Origin: an uncultured candidate division Zixibacteria bacterium
GTDB taxonomy: Bacteria; Zixibacteria; MSB-5A5; GN15; FEB-12
Length of the DNA: 64,000 bases
NCBI GenBank assembly: GCA_963806185.1
Contig: CAWDXE010000008.1
Coordinates: forward strand, 32,001-96,000
Reading direction: 5' to 3'
A model generated the notes under the pieces. The model ran no database searches and had not been told where the DNA came from. It worked only from the letters and a program-made list of their open reading frames with translations. This document shows positions 42,088 to 51,831 of this stretch, piece after piece. A program made the translations under genes and the position numbers. Every line of letters starts with the position of its first letter. Within the stretch, counting starts at the first letter, position 1.

Positions 42088-42182
42088 GTTGCCTCCCGTC
42101 GCTTGTGGGGCGACTTAAAGATGTACTGATTTAGACTATGCTAGTAAACACCCGACCGCGCCGCCGGTTCCATCATACCCCC

Positions 42183-42320
42183 TTGTCATTCCTGACCTTC
42201 CCCTACTTGTCATTCCGGACCCTCACCATTGTCATTCCGGACCGAAGGTCCGGAATCCATGGGGTCACACTTCCCACTGCGCTACGCCCTAACCCGGATA
42301 CCGGCTTTCGCTGGTACGAC
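42183..42320. repeat. GTCATTCC-type palindromic repeat cluster
   Basis: TTGTCATTCC(T/G)GACC x3, the last closed by GGTCCGGAATCCATGGGG, then an inverted partner GGATACCGGC..GCTGGTACGAC; same family as 37800 and 38108. Confidence 0.8.
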
Positions 42321-42341
42321 ATGGACGGAAATGCGGCCTGT

Positions 42342-44765
42342 CTACTCGATCACCACAATTTTCCCGATCTGGTTGCCTTGCGACGACTCAATCACCCAAT
42401 AGTAAATGCCCGACACCGCCAGCTGGGTGTTGCGCGTAATCAAATCCCAGTAGTCATGCGAGGCTTCAGGATCATCGGGCGAATAGTTGTGATGAATTTC
42501 TTTCACCAGATCGCCATCAAGTGAGAGAATCGAAATCGTGCATTTGGCGGGGAGGTTGCCAAAATTGATCCGTCGCGCGCGATCGTACCAGAGGGTCTGG
42601 TCGCGATTCTCAAACCCCTGTGCCTCGTAGTTGCCATCGTAACGGTACGGGTTGGGCCAGACATACACTTTTAGCTTGTCTGCTAAGGCAGCATCGGGTG
42701 TCGGAAGAGCGTAGGCGGCAATAAGATTGTTGAGTTTGCTCGACTCCTGAGCGGGTAGTCCGCCCAGCGCAAAGCCAAAGTCAAACGCCGTCACAACGAC
42801 TTGATATTCTACGGTAGGTAACAGGTTATCAATCGAATATTCGTATTCGTAGTATTTCGGGAGGTCTCGGCCATGCTCAGATGTGAGCATGTCGTCGGTC
42901 CAGAGGGTGGTGTCATCGGGAGGGTACACGGCATCCGGGTAGGCTTTGCGAATGCCGTCGGGACGAGTCAGGCTCGACTGATTGAAATCCTGGGCCTCGA
43001 AACGATAAAACGTGTCATTGACCACGAGTGGATGATCACGAGTATAGATCGTCGGCTCGAAGTCGGGGTCGTCATAGAGAATACGCAGAGAATCGAGCGA
43101 CAACGGTAGTTCGGTCGCTTTCCACTCCCAGTTTCCGTTTTGTAGTTGGATCAGCTTGTAGCGTTGATAATTGTCCGCATCCCACGAAGTCAGAAGACCG
43201 AGCGATGACAACCGGGTGTCCAGCCCCATGTACACACGGTACCCCTCGAAGTCCTTCACTCTGGTAAACGGGTCAGGCGTCATCTGGCTGTAATATCCGT
43301 TCCAACGGATGGTCAGCTTGCCGTTCTCAGGATAGACTCGGACGAGCGGCGCTGACGGAGGCACATCGGCTCGCCAGTCCGGGACACGGTCCCCCTCGTA
43401 CCAGAAAGTATCGCCGTCGCACATGGTGAATTTGCCGAAATACCCGTCGCCATCGGTGTCGACCCCCGGATTGTCGTACACCCACCCGGCCCAGCGGGCA
43501 TTGGTAGCGAGGCGGGAGAAGTCGAGCGAACTGTAGAGCCAATAGGGATGATACGGATCCCAGAGATTTTCGTAGTCCGTGGGTAGGACGTGCACCGAAT
43601 CGCCAGCCACGATAGCGAAGACGAACGAGCACTCTTCTCCCGGAGACAAGTCGACGGGGCCCGCCGTAAACTCGCCGAACGTAAGTTCGCCATCGGCGAT
43701 AATTGCAGCGTCAGGCGGAGGCGGCTGATAACCCTGAAATGAGTGATCAACGGCGGTGGTCATCTGATCGTAGTCAACTTCACCGTTGCTGATCTTGCGG
43801 TAATATCCGGCCATAGGGGACGACCATGTGGGAATTTCGTGCCCACGCATGGTCGGATCGAAGTGGGCTGGGCCGTTGGGCCTCCCTGTCTCCCAGTTAA
43901 ATGACAGGGTAAATTGAGGACCGCCGAATTGCAGAATGGAGATACCGACCGCTCCTCGCGCTGAACGAGCTGACCAGTTCCCATTTTCCGGATTGCCGTC
44001 GTTGTCCAACAAATAGACAACGTTGGGATGGTCGATTATCCCGCATTGTTCATGGGAAGGGTACGACCCGAGAAAACCTACAAGGCCGTTGTGCCGTTCG
44101 GTTGCGAGCCCGTCATCAAACGCCGCCCCCAGGGCATAAAAGAAAAACCCGGTGTAGACGTTCTTAATCGGGCGGATACCCACATTAGTCAGCACACACT
44201 CGACCAGGATAACGCCTCGCAATCGTTCAGCAGCCCAGGCGCTGGACCGCTGGAAAACAGCTAACCCCATCGGCTGGTGATAGTAGTCCGAGATTTCATC
44301 GCGCATGGTGGTATCGTTGTACCAGCACAGGATGTCCAAATCTGAACGTGCCTCGGGTGAGTAAGATGCCCTGGTCGGATCCTTGGTCTGGAAAGCGAAT
44401 GTTGAGTGCGGATAAGGATCGGGGTCAAAATCGAAATCGGAGACGATGGTATCGTTGTCGACTATCCCGCCGATGATGAGTCGAGGTTCCAGACGGAAGA
44501 CTATCCGACTATCGCGGGGAAAAGAAATGAGAAAAATTGAATCATTGGACAACGGGTCATACGCTATTGTGTCGCCGAACCGACCGGTATTGGTGAGAGC
44601 CAATTGCAGGTTGCCTTGATTATGGGCCGTGATATCCGGCGGCGGGACAGGTGAATAATCGTTGGTGGCAGCCGAGACAGATAGAACAAGGCCAACGACA
44701 AGTACAGACTCCGCAGCCATGTTGAGCAAGAAACGGCGCACACATGCCTCTACGGTATGTCCCAT
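42342..44765 (-). CDS. Large secreted protein with FN3-like segment and T9SS-like C-terminal domain
   Basis: Hydrophobic N-terminus (start uncertain), TNTGRFG, DTDGDG, DFEGYRVY, VTAFD, VYVWPNPY..GDLVKEI..WDL..SGIY..GKIVVI. Confidence 0.78.
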   Translation of the reverse strand: MGHTVEACVRRFLLNMAAESVLVVGLVLSVSAATNDYSPVPPPDITAHNQGNLQLALTNTGRFGDTIAYDPLSNDSIFLISFPRDSRIVFRLEPRLIIGGIVDNDTIVSDFDFDPDPYPHSTFAFQTKDPTRASYSPEARSDLDILCWYNDTTMRDEISDYYHQPMGLAVFQRSSAWAAERLRGVILVECVLTNVGIRPIKNVYTGFFFYALGAAFDDGLATERHNGLVGFLGSYPSHEQCGIIDHPNVVYLLDNDGNPENGNWSARSARGAVGISILQFGGPQFTLSFNWETGRPNGPAHFDPTMRGHEIPTWSSPMAGYYRKISNGEVDYDQMTTAVDHSFQGYQPPPPDAAIIADGELTFGEFTAGPVDLSPGEECSFVFAIVAGDSVHVLPTDYENLWDPYHPYWLYSSLDFSRLATNARWAGWVYDNPGVDTDGDGYFGKFTMCDGDTFWYEGDRVPDWRADVPPSAPLVRVYPENGKLTIRWNGYYSQMTPDPFTRVKDFEGYRVYMGLDTRLSSLGLLTSWDADNYQRYKLIQLQNGNWEWKATELPLSLDSLRILYDDPDFEPTIYTRDHPLVVNDTFYRFEAQDFNQSSLTRPDGIRKAYPDAVYPPDDTTLWTDDMLTSEHGRDLPKYYEYEYSIDNLLPTVEYQVVVTAFDFGFALGGLPAQESSKLNNLIAAYALPTPDAALADKLKVYVWPNPYRYDGNYEAQGFENRDQTLWYDRARRINFGNLPAKCTISILSLDGDLVKEIHHNYSPDDPEASHDYWDLITRNTQLAVSGIYYWVIESSQGNQIGKIVVIE

Positions 44766-44815
44766 GATGTTACCGGAGCGACAATTCGTCTATCATCGCT
44801 CCGGCTCGTTTCTGC

Positions 44816-45112
44816 TCAGAAATCAAAGCAGCCTTCGAACACCCAAGTGACTTCCACGCCCCCTACAACGCACGGCTCTTGACAGTGCGGCGGCTCCGTC
44901 TCTGTCTTCATGTAGTATACCCACATTTCTCGGCACGGTGCGGGACAGCAATGTCCGTACCGAAGGTCTGGAAGACTGCACCCCTCACAACCAGCAGGGG
45001 GACCAGGATTGCAATCACCACTTGCCGACACGGGCCCCGGCAAGAACGTCAACAACGCCCCGAATGCGAGAGAACACACCAGGGCGACTGACAACGATTT
45101 CCATTTCGTCAT
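44816..45112 (-). CDS. Secreted cysteine-rich miniprotein (98 aa; 9 Cys in the mature part)
   Basis: AAGGAGGT RBS overlapping the redoxin stop; signal peptide ending VSA. Confidence 0.75.
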   Translation of the reverse strand: MTKWKSLSVALVCSLAFGALLTFLPGPVSASGDCNPGPPAGCEGCSLPDLRYGHCCPAPCREMWVYYMKTETEPPHCQEPCVVGGVEVTWVFEGCFDF

Positions 45113-45122
45113 GGACACCTCC

Positions 45123-45737
45123 TTAGCCCGATTGGGGCTCGAACAAGTAGCTGATTACAGCTGAGTCCAAGTTCTCCTTGAACCCAACCTCAATGGCCGA
45201 AATCACTCCACTCTCATCAAGACAATAGATCGTTGGGTACGCATTGAGAAACTTGTTTTCAGAAAAAGATATTGCATCGTACCGAAATAACTGCGCAAAT
45301 CTCAAGAGTTCCCGATAGCCTTGAGTCAAATCCCCCTGGGACCGGTCAATCCCTACTAGGACACTCGTATTGGAACTAGTTTCAGGGTTCAGGTTGAGCC
45401 GAAGGTAGTCGAGCAAGTCATCGCACCGTTCGCAGCCGAGCGAGATTAAAACGACAACTCGTCGCTGGTCACCAAGAATATCGGCGAATTCAACTCTCTT
45501 GCCTTGAACTTCTACCGAGTCCAAAGGGAACAAGTCGCCCACACCTATTGCCAAATCCTTGGCTGTATTCACGTGCATTGTTGACTTGTCCTGGCCCCGG
45601 GATGTCCGAGCAGAGGCGTGAGTTGTCCATCGGGATACTTGCTGGGCAAGTAGAATACCGCCTGCAATACCAGCCACAATCACGATGAAAAGCGACAGGC
45701 GTTCAGAGAATCGACCGTTCGAAATGATATTTGCCAT
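45123..45737 (-). CDS. Membrane-anchored thioredoxin-fold (TlpA/ResA-like) protein
   Basis: N-terminal TM, GDLFP, SLGCERC (CxxC), AYPTIYCLDESG cis-Pro loop. Confidence 0.75.
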   Translation of the reverse strand: MANIISNGRFSERLSLFIVIVAGIAGGILLAQQVSRWTTHASARTSRGQDKSTMHVNTAKDLAIGVGDLFPLDSVEVQGKRVEFADILGDQRRVVVLISLGCERCDDLLDYLRLNLNPETSSNTSVLVGIDRSQGDLTQGYRELLRFAQLFRYDAISFSENKFLNAYPTIYCLDESGVISAIEVGFKENLDSAVISYLFEPQSG

Positions 45738-45863
45738 AGGGAAGTCCCGCAATCAATGGTCATGACTACTAATGTTAAGAGTGCGACTCCACGATCGAGT
45801 TTGTCAAGTGAAATCGCGGCGTGCGGGAGAAAGATGACCTTTTAAACACTACAAGGGGTGCCA

Positions 45864-45917
45864 ACTGTCAGATTCTGGCAGTGAAAGCACCGTTCACTGC
45901 CAGATTTTGACAGTGAA
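45864..45917. promoter_or_regulatory. Tandem 19-bp palindromes (regulator binding sites)
   Basis: ACTGTCAGATTCTGGCAGT (45864) and ACTGCCAGATTTTGACAGT (45896), 32 bp apart. Confidence 0.65.
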
Positions 45918-45954
45918 CGCCCGCTTTGCTTGCGCTGAATTGTGCTCCACCCAT

Positions 45955-45979
45955 AAAAAAACCCGCCTGACGGCGGGCT
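45955..45979 (-). terminator. Terminator of the pentose-phosphate operon
   Basis: A7-CCCGCC-tgac-GGCGGG. Confidence 0.8.
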
Positions 45980-46033
45980 CTCTGTGTATTATGGCATCTA
46001 ATGTCTAGCTGATTCTCGTCTTGCGTCCCCCCC

Positions 46034-46351
46034 TCACCCCAGCACCACCGCCGTCCCCGAGGCGCACACCATCAGCATCGACCCCTGCCCCACTGTTTCG
46101 AAATCCAGATCGACCCCGATCACCGCATTCCCCCCCATCGCCTGCGCTTGGGCAGTCATTTCGTCGATCGCAATTTCCTTCGCGCGCTGAAGTTCCTTTT
46201 CGTACGCCGCCGCTCGTCCGCCCACGATATCGCGAATCCCGGCAAAGAGATCTTTGAAAATGTTCGCACCCAGGATTGCCTCACCCGACACCAATCCCAA
46301 ATACTTCGTGACCGGTTTTCCCTCAACCACATTTGTCGTAACTACCAACAT
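46034..46351 (-). CDS. YbjQ/UPF0145 family protein
   Basis: [34 protein letters not shown]. Confidence 0.93.
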   Translation of the reverse strand: MLVVTTNVVEGKPVTKYLGLVSGEAILGANIFKDLFAGIRDIVGGRAAAYEKELQRAKEIAIDEMTAQAQAMGGNAVIGVDLDFETVGQGSMLMVCASGTAVVLG

Positions 46352-46354
46352 ATC

Positions 46355-47410
46355 TTACTCCTTCGTTGTCAAACCCAGCGTCCGGGCCGCCGCTACAGCG
46401 GCATGATACTCGTCAAATTCCGTCGTGCTCTGCATCAGATCCAGCACATACTGCGCCAGCGGAGATTTCCCTGCCGCCACATGGGTGCGAAAATCACCAT
46501 GCGTTCCGGTGCAGCCGATCACCGCGCCGTCCGCAACCCGGTCGGCCGCGATCTCCACTCTTGTGCCGTCACTGAAATCAATACGCAGGAGTATCGCTGA
46601 AGATTCAGAAATCGGCAGATCACCAAACCGCATCGTCGCCGCGCGTCGATCCACCGAAAACTTGATCACGCCTGCCGTCGCAACGGCACTGTCAAGCACA
46701 CCCAGTCGGTACAACAGCCATCCCCCCAGCAACAAGTGACTCTGGTCACTCAGCGTCGCGACTTCATAGCCGGTAGGATAGATCGACGGATGATTGCGCT
46801 GGTAGTGACCAAACATCGTCGACAACATCTCCCGCACCGGCAACGTCGCAAACCAGGCGAACGGCAGGAAGGCGTGATGAATCTGTTCCGACGGAAAGGG
46901 ACTGTCGCCCGACAGATAGAAATCCGACAACTGCATCACCGTCCGGTCGAGCTCCGCCGGCGATTGCCCGGGTGAAAAATCAATGGTGATCACCGGAATC
47001 GACGGCACCACCAGCGACCGTATCGCCCCCGGGATATCGACAATCCGCTCTTTCGCCGCGAGAATCTCAATCACTTCCCAGCAGATCATACCTTTGGTCT
47101 CCGGATGAAGCCGGCAGGCGGTCCGGACAAACGCGCCATAGGTGGGAAAATCATCGATGACTATCAGCAGGGTGCGCGACGGGTGCAGTTCGGCCAGGGC
47201 GTATGCCACGGTTTCCGCCTCAGGACGGGTCCGCGAATCGGTGATGACGATCGTGTTGGCCAGGCATAGCTTGCTCCAGCCACGATCAGCCTTCTCACCG
47301 CCTCCGGCATTGCGCCAGATTTCGGCCAATCGCTTTTCGATTAACTCAGCGCTCACCGGAAGAAACCCGCCGTCAAACGTCTCTTCTGCCGCGGAATGCC
47401 CGTCGCTCAT
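46355..47410 (-). CDS. opcA: Glucose-6-phosphate dehydrogenase assembly protein OpcA-like
   Basis: IEKRLAEIW, HPSRTL, ICWEVI, SLVVPSIP; directly after zwf. Confidence 0.75.
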   Translation of the reverse strand: MSDGHSAAEETFDGGFLPVSAELIEKRLAEIWRNAGGGEKADRGWSKLCLANTIVITDSRTRPEAETVAYALAELHPSRTLLIVIDDFPTYGAFVRTACRLHPETKGMICWEVIEILAAKERIVDIPGAIRSLVVPSIPVITIDFSPGQSPAELDRTVMQLSDFYLSGDSPFPSEQIHHAFLPFAWFATLPVREMLSTMFGHYQRNHPSIYPTGYEVATLSDQSHLLLGGWLLYRLGVLDSAVATAGVIKFSVDRRAATMRFGDLPISESSAILLRIDFSDGTRVEIAADRVADGAVIGCTGTHGDFRTHVAAGKSPLAQYVLDLMQSTTEFDEYHAAVAAARTLGLTTKE

Positions 47411-48960
47411 AGCCGGTGCCAGGTGTGACCGTCGCGAGCCAGCAGATCATCTGCGGCCGTCGGCCCCCATTCACCCGCCTCGTAGGTATGCAAGGGAAGA
47501 TTGTGCCAATATTCTGTGATCCGATCGATCATCTGCCAGGACAATTCCACTTCATCTTCGCGCGCGAACAACGTACCGTCCCCCGTGAGCGCGTCGAGCA
47601 GCAGCCGCTCGTAGGCCTCGGGGGTTGGTGTGCCGAAGGAACTGTCGTACATGAAATCCATTCGCACTGGCGATACACGCACCGCTTGGCCGGGCACTTT
47701 CACCCCGATTGACAGGGAGATCCCTTCATTCGGTTGTATGCGAAGTCGAAGGATATTGGGATGCGCCAGATTGACGCCCGCCTGATCGAAAATCTGATGC
47801 GGCGGTGCCTTAAACGTAATAATGACCTCCGTCGCCCGCTTCGGCAATCGCTTCCCCGCCCGCAGGTAGAATGGTACCCCCGACCACCGCCAGTTGTCGA
47901 TGAACATCCGCAACGCTACATATGTGTCGGTGAGTGATCCCGGCGCTACGCCCGGCTCCTTCAAATACCCCGCCACGCGCTCTCCCCCGACTGACCCGGC
48001 GATATACTGTGCCCGTACTACATGGTGGCCCACTTCGTTCGGATCAATACTGCGCAGTGAGCGCAACACCTTCGCCTTTTCATCGCGAATTGCCGTGGCG
48101 TCAAATGTCGCCGGCGGTTCCATCCCTATTAATGTAAACACCTGCATGATGTGCGACTGGATCATGTCGCGAATAATTCCTGCGCTCTCGAAATACCCGG
48201 CTCGCGACTCCACACCCAGCGACTCCGCCACCGAAATCTGCACGTTGTCGACATACCGCCGATTCCACAGCGGCTCGAATATCGAATTCCCCAGGCGAAA
48301 GACCAGAATGTTCTGCACCGTCTCCTTGCCCAGATAGTGATCGATACGGTACACCTGCGGCTCCGCAAACACCTTGTGCACGATCCGATTCAGCTCTTTC
48401 GCCGATTCCAGGTCATGCCCGAACGGCTTCTCCACGACGATCCGCCGCCATTTCTCCCCTTCCGCCGTCGGTGACACCAGCCCCGCTTCATTGAGATTCG
48501 TCACGATATCGTCAAACGCATCCGGCGGCGTCGCCATGTAAAACAGGCTGTTCTCCGGAACCATCCGCTCTTGCGCCGTCTTCCGGCATCGCTCCGCCAG
48601 CACGCGATAGGCCGACTGGTCCTCGAACTTCCCCTGCACGTATCCGATATTCGCGACAAACTGAAGCAACTGCTCTTCGCTGTCCGGCTGACGGCGCGAG
48701 TACTTTCGAATCGCTTCCTGCATTTCCGCCTGGAAATGGGCATCGGTCCAATCGCGGCGGGCGAAGCCCAAAATGCAAAACGGCTCCGCGAGGAAGCCGT
48801 CCTTGTACAGGTTGAACAGCGCTGGTATCAACTTTCGCTTGGTCAGGTCGCCGGTCGCTCCGAAGATCACGAACGAAAACGGCCCCGCCTGCCTCTGCCG
48901 CATGAACCTGCTGAGAAATGGATTTCCTATCGTCTGACCCGGCGTCGATCGCTCCGCCAT
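47407..48960 (-). CDS. zwf: Glucose-6-phosphate 1-dehydrogenase
   Basis: IFGATGDL, EKPFG, RIDHYLGKE, RWSGVPFYLRAGK. Confidence 0.97.
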   Translation of the reverse strand: MAERSTPGQTIGNPFLSRFMRQRQAGPFSFVIFGATGDLTKRKLIPALFNLYKDGFLAEPFCILGFARRDWTDAHFQAEMQEAIRKYSRRQPDSEEQLLQFVANIGYVQGKFEDQSAYRVLAERCRKTAQERMVPENSLFYMATPPDAFDDIVTNLNEAGLVSPTAEGEKWRRIVVEKPFGHDLESAKELNRIVHKVFAEPQVYRIDHYLGKETVQNILVFRLGNSIFEPLWNRRYVDNVQISVAESLGVESRAGYFESAGIIRDMIQSHIMQVFTLIGMEPPATFDATAIRDEKAKVLRSLRSIDPNEVGHHVVRAQYIAGSVGGERVAGYLKEPGVAPGSLTDTYVALRMFIDNWRWSGVPFYLRAGKRLPKRATEVIITFKAPPHQIFDQAGVNLAHPNILRLRIQPNEGISLSIGVKVPGQAVRVSPVRMDFMYDSSFGTPTPEAYERLLLDALTGDGTLFAREDEVELSWQMIDRITEYWHNLPLHTYEAGEWGPTAADDLLARDGHTWHRL

Positions 48961-49862
48961 TACCCCTCCCGCTCTTTCACCGCGTGTCCGCCAAACTGAT
49001 TCCGCAACGCCGCCAGCACCTTCCCCGAGAACGAATCCTCCTGGCGCGATCGAAATCGATTCATCAACGCATACGTCAACGACACCGCCGGCACATCCCG
49101 ATCGATCGCTTCGATCACCGTCCATCGCCCCTCGCCGGAATCAGCGACATACCCGCGAATTTTATCAAGCTTAGGATCCTCCCGAAACGATGCTTCTGCC
49201 AGCTCCAGCAGCCACGACCGCACCACGGATCCCTGGTTCCAGAGTCCGGCGATCGCTGCAAGGTCCAACGTGTACTCCGAGGCGTTGAGTATCTCAAACC
49301 CCTCGGCGTACGCCTGCATCATTCCGTATTCGATGCCGTTGTGGATCATCTTCACATAATGCCCGGAGCCGCTCGGCCCGACATGCAAGTAGCCGTTGGG
49401 CGGCGCCAGCGTCTTGAAAAGCAGTTCGCACGCGGCAAATGCCTTCTTCTCCCCGCCAATCATCAGGCAATACCCGTTCTTCAGCCCCCACACACCTCCG
49501 GACGTACCGGAATCGAGCAGCTGAATACCTCTCTGCTTCAGTTCCTGCGCGCGCCGTGTTGTGTCGTGAAAATTCGAATTGCCGCCGTCGATAACAATGT
49601 CGCCCGCGCTCATCTTCGCCGCCACGTCGCCAATCACCTTGCCGGTGATTTCGCCCGACGGTACCATCACCCAGACGACCTTTGGCGACGGCAGCGCTGC
49701 CAGCAACTCTTCGAGCGAGTGTGCCCCCGAGGCTCCGGCCGCTTTCGCTTTAGTCACCACCTCGGGCGAAAGATCAAACGCCACAATCTGGTGCCCTCCC
49801 GCCATGAGACGGGAGATCATGTTGAAACCCATTCGGCCTAGTCCGATAAATCCGATTTTCAT
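48960..49862 (-). CDS. gnd: 6-phosphogluconate dehydrogenase (short, YqeC type)
   Basis: GLGRMG, IDGGNS, GHYVKMIHNGIEYG, DSGEGRW, LRNQFGGH. Confidence 0.96.
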   Translation of the reverse strand: MKIGFIGLGRMGFNMISRLMAGGHQIVAFDLSPEVVTKAKAAGASGAHSLEELLAALPSPKVVWVMVPSGEITGKVIGDVAAKMSAGDIVIDGGNSNFHDTTRRAQELKQRGIQLLDSGTSGGVWGLKNGYCLMIGGEKKAFAACELLFKTLAPPNGYLHVGPSGSGHYVKMIHNGIEYGMMQAYAEGFEILNASEYTLDLAAIAGLWNQGSVVRSWLLELAEASFREDPKLDKIRGYVADSGEGRWTVIEAIDRDVPAVSLTYALMNRFRSRQEDSFSGKVLAALRNQFGGHAVKEREG

Positions 49863-51818
49863 ACCTTGACTCGCGCCTCGCGAATAATCTCCCGTATCCG
49901 GCCGGCCACCGCTTTCGCATCCATGCCCAGCATCGCGTACAATTCGTCGGGCGTGCCGGAGGATCCGTAGTGCGGTGCGCCTATCTTCGTCAACTTGGTG
50001 AAAAGCTGATGGTCATACATCGCCGATGCAATTGTCGCACCCAATCCCGACTTCACGTTATGATCTTCGAGCGTCACGATGTGCTGAAAGTCAGCCAGCA
50101 TGCGCAAATCGTCGACGTGCAGATCCGACCAGTCCGAAACCGACACCAGCGCGATTCGGTGACCCTCGCCGTTCAGCGCCGACCACGCCTGCATGGCATA
50201 CGCCAGCATATTCCCCGCCGACACCAGCACCACAGTCTCCCCTTTGCGGATGCTTTCCATCCGGCCGTACCGATAACTGATAATCGCGGCCGAAATGCGG
50301 TTCCCCTGCATCATCGGTAATGACCGGGATGACCGCCCGCCCCATGATGACCGCAAAGTTGCCGGGATGGCTCAACACGTATCGCACAATCCGATCGGTT
50401 TGATTCGGATCGGCCGGCGTAATCACCTTCCAGCCGAATGTCGAATTGAGCAGCGAGAAGTAATCAATACACTGATGCGTCTTGCCGTCCTCGCCGACGT
50501 TGATCCCCGAATGCGTGCAAAACAACTTCACGTTGCCGTGATTAATGTCGTTCAGCCGCGCCTGATTGTAGGTCTCATCTATGCCGAAGACGCCGAAATC
50601 CGACCATATTGCCAGCGCCGTCTCCGCCGACAGAGCGCCGACCGTCGTGGCCGTCGAATGTTCCATAATCCCTGACTGGATGAAACTGTCTGGGTACTTC
50701 TTGGCAAACCCATCAGTCTTTACCGATTTGGCCAGATCACAATCGAAGACCGCCATCACAAATCCCGGGCGCCCCATGTTCGCGTCGGCCACAGAGACCA
50801 GCGCCTTCCCCCACGCGCTCCGATTGTCCGATTTGTCAGCGGCTCCGTACTGAATCGGCTCGCCCGGATTGACCTCCGGGAACGGCGCAAGCTTCGTCGC
50901 AAATGGCGGCGGCGGTCCCTGCTTCCGTCGTGCCTTCAGCGCGTCCACGTCATTGGGCACCGGATTCCCCAGCGCCGCCAGTGCCTCTCCCATTTGCTCG
51001 GGCTTGATTGCCGCGCCATGGTAATCTTCCTTGTTTTCCATGAACGGCACACCCTTCCCCATCACCGACTTCGCCAACAGCATCACCGGCGCCTTTGCTT
51101 CGTGGGTCGCATGATAGAGCGCGTCATACAATTGATTCAGGTCGTGCGCATCTACCTCAAGCACCTCCCACCCGTCAGCCACCCAATCCGCTTTGATATT
51201 CTGCGGCATGATCTCGCTGATGCGACCCGAAATCTGCAAATGATTGAAATCCACGAGCGCGGTCAGTTTGGTCAACCCAAACTTGGCCGCCATCCGGCGC
51301 GCTTCACCAATCTGCCCTTTCTGCTGCTCGCCATCGCCCATCAGGACATATGTATGGAAATTCTGCTTCGACAGACGCCCGTACAGCGCTTTGCCGACGC
51401 CCACCGACAGCCCCTGCCCCAGGTTGCCGGTATCCCACTCGATCCCCGGCACCGATCTTTCCACGTGCCCCTCGAACGGCGATCCGCCCAGCCGGAATCC
51501 CCACAACGCCGGCTCGATCGCGAAAAAACCGGCCGCCGCCAGCGAAACGTATGCCCCCGGTGATGTGTGACCGTGAGAAATAACGATCCGATCGCGGTCG
51601 TCCCGATACGGGTCGCGCGGATCGACATTCGCGAGATTGTACAAGGTCACATACATCTCGAGCGACGACATCGATCCCCCCGGATGTCCCGAGTTCGCCA
51701 CGGTCGTCATTTTGAGAATCTGACCTCGGCCAACGCGGGCCATTTCGGTCAATTTAGTATACCATTCAGGCGCGAGGTGGCGCGCGCGAAAGCCGCGCCA
51801 CATATCAAATGATGCCAC
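49859..51818 (-). CDS. tkt: Transketolase (apparent +1 indel near 50276)
   Basis: SGHPGGS, SHGH, GDGEQQKG, GEDGKTHQ; C-terminus EDHNVKSGLG in the shifted frame. Confidence 0.92.
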
Positions 51819-51831
51819 GATCAATCCTCTC

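Noticed and set aside
44816..45112. Ranthipeptide/lanthipeptide precursor
   Set aside because: Has a Sec-type signal rather than a leader peptide, and no radical SAM, LanM or peptidase-transporter gene is nearby.
45849..45863. Sigma54 promoter for the redoxin cassette (minus-strand TGGCAC)
   Set aside because: The -12 position reads AG rather than GC at the required spacing.
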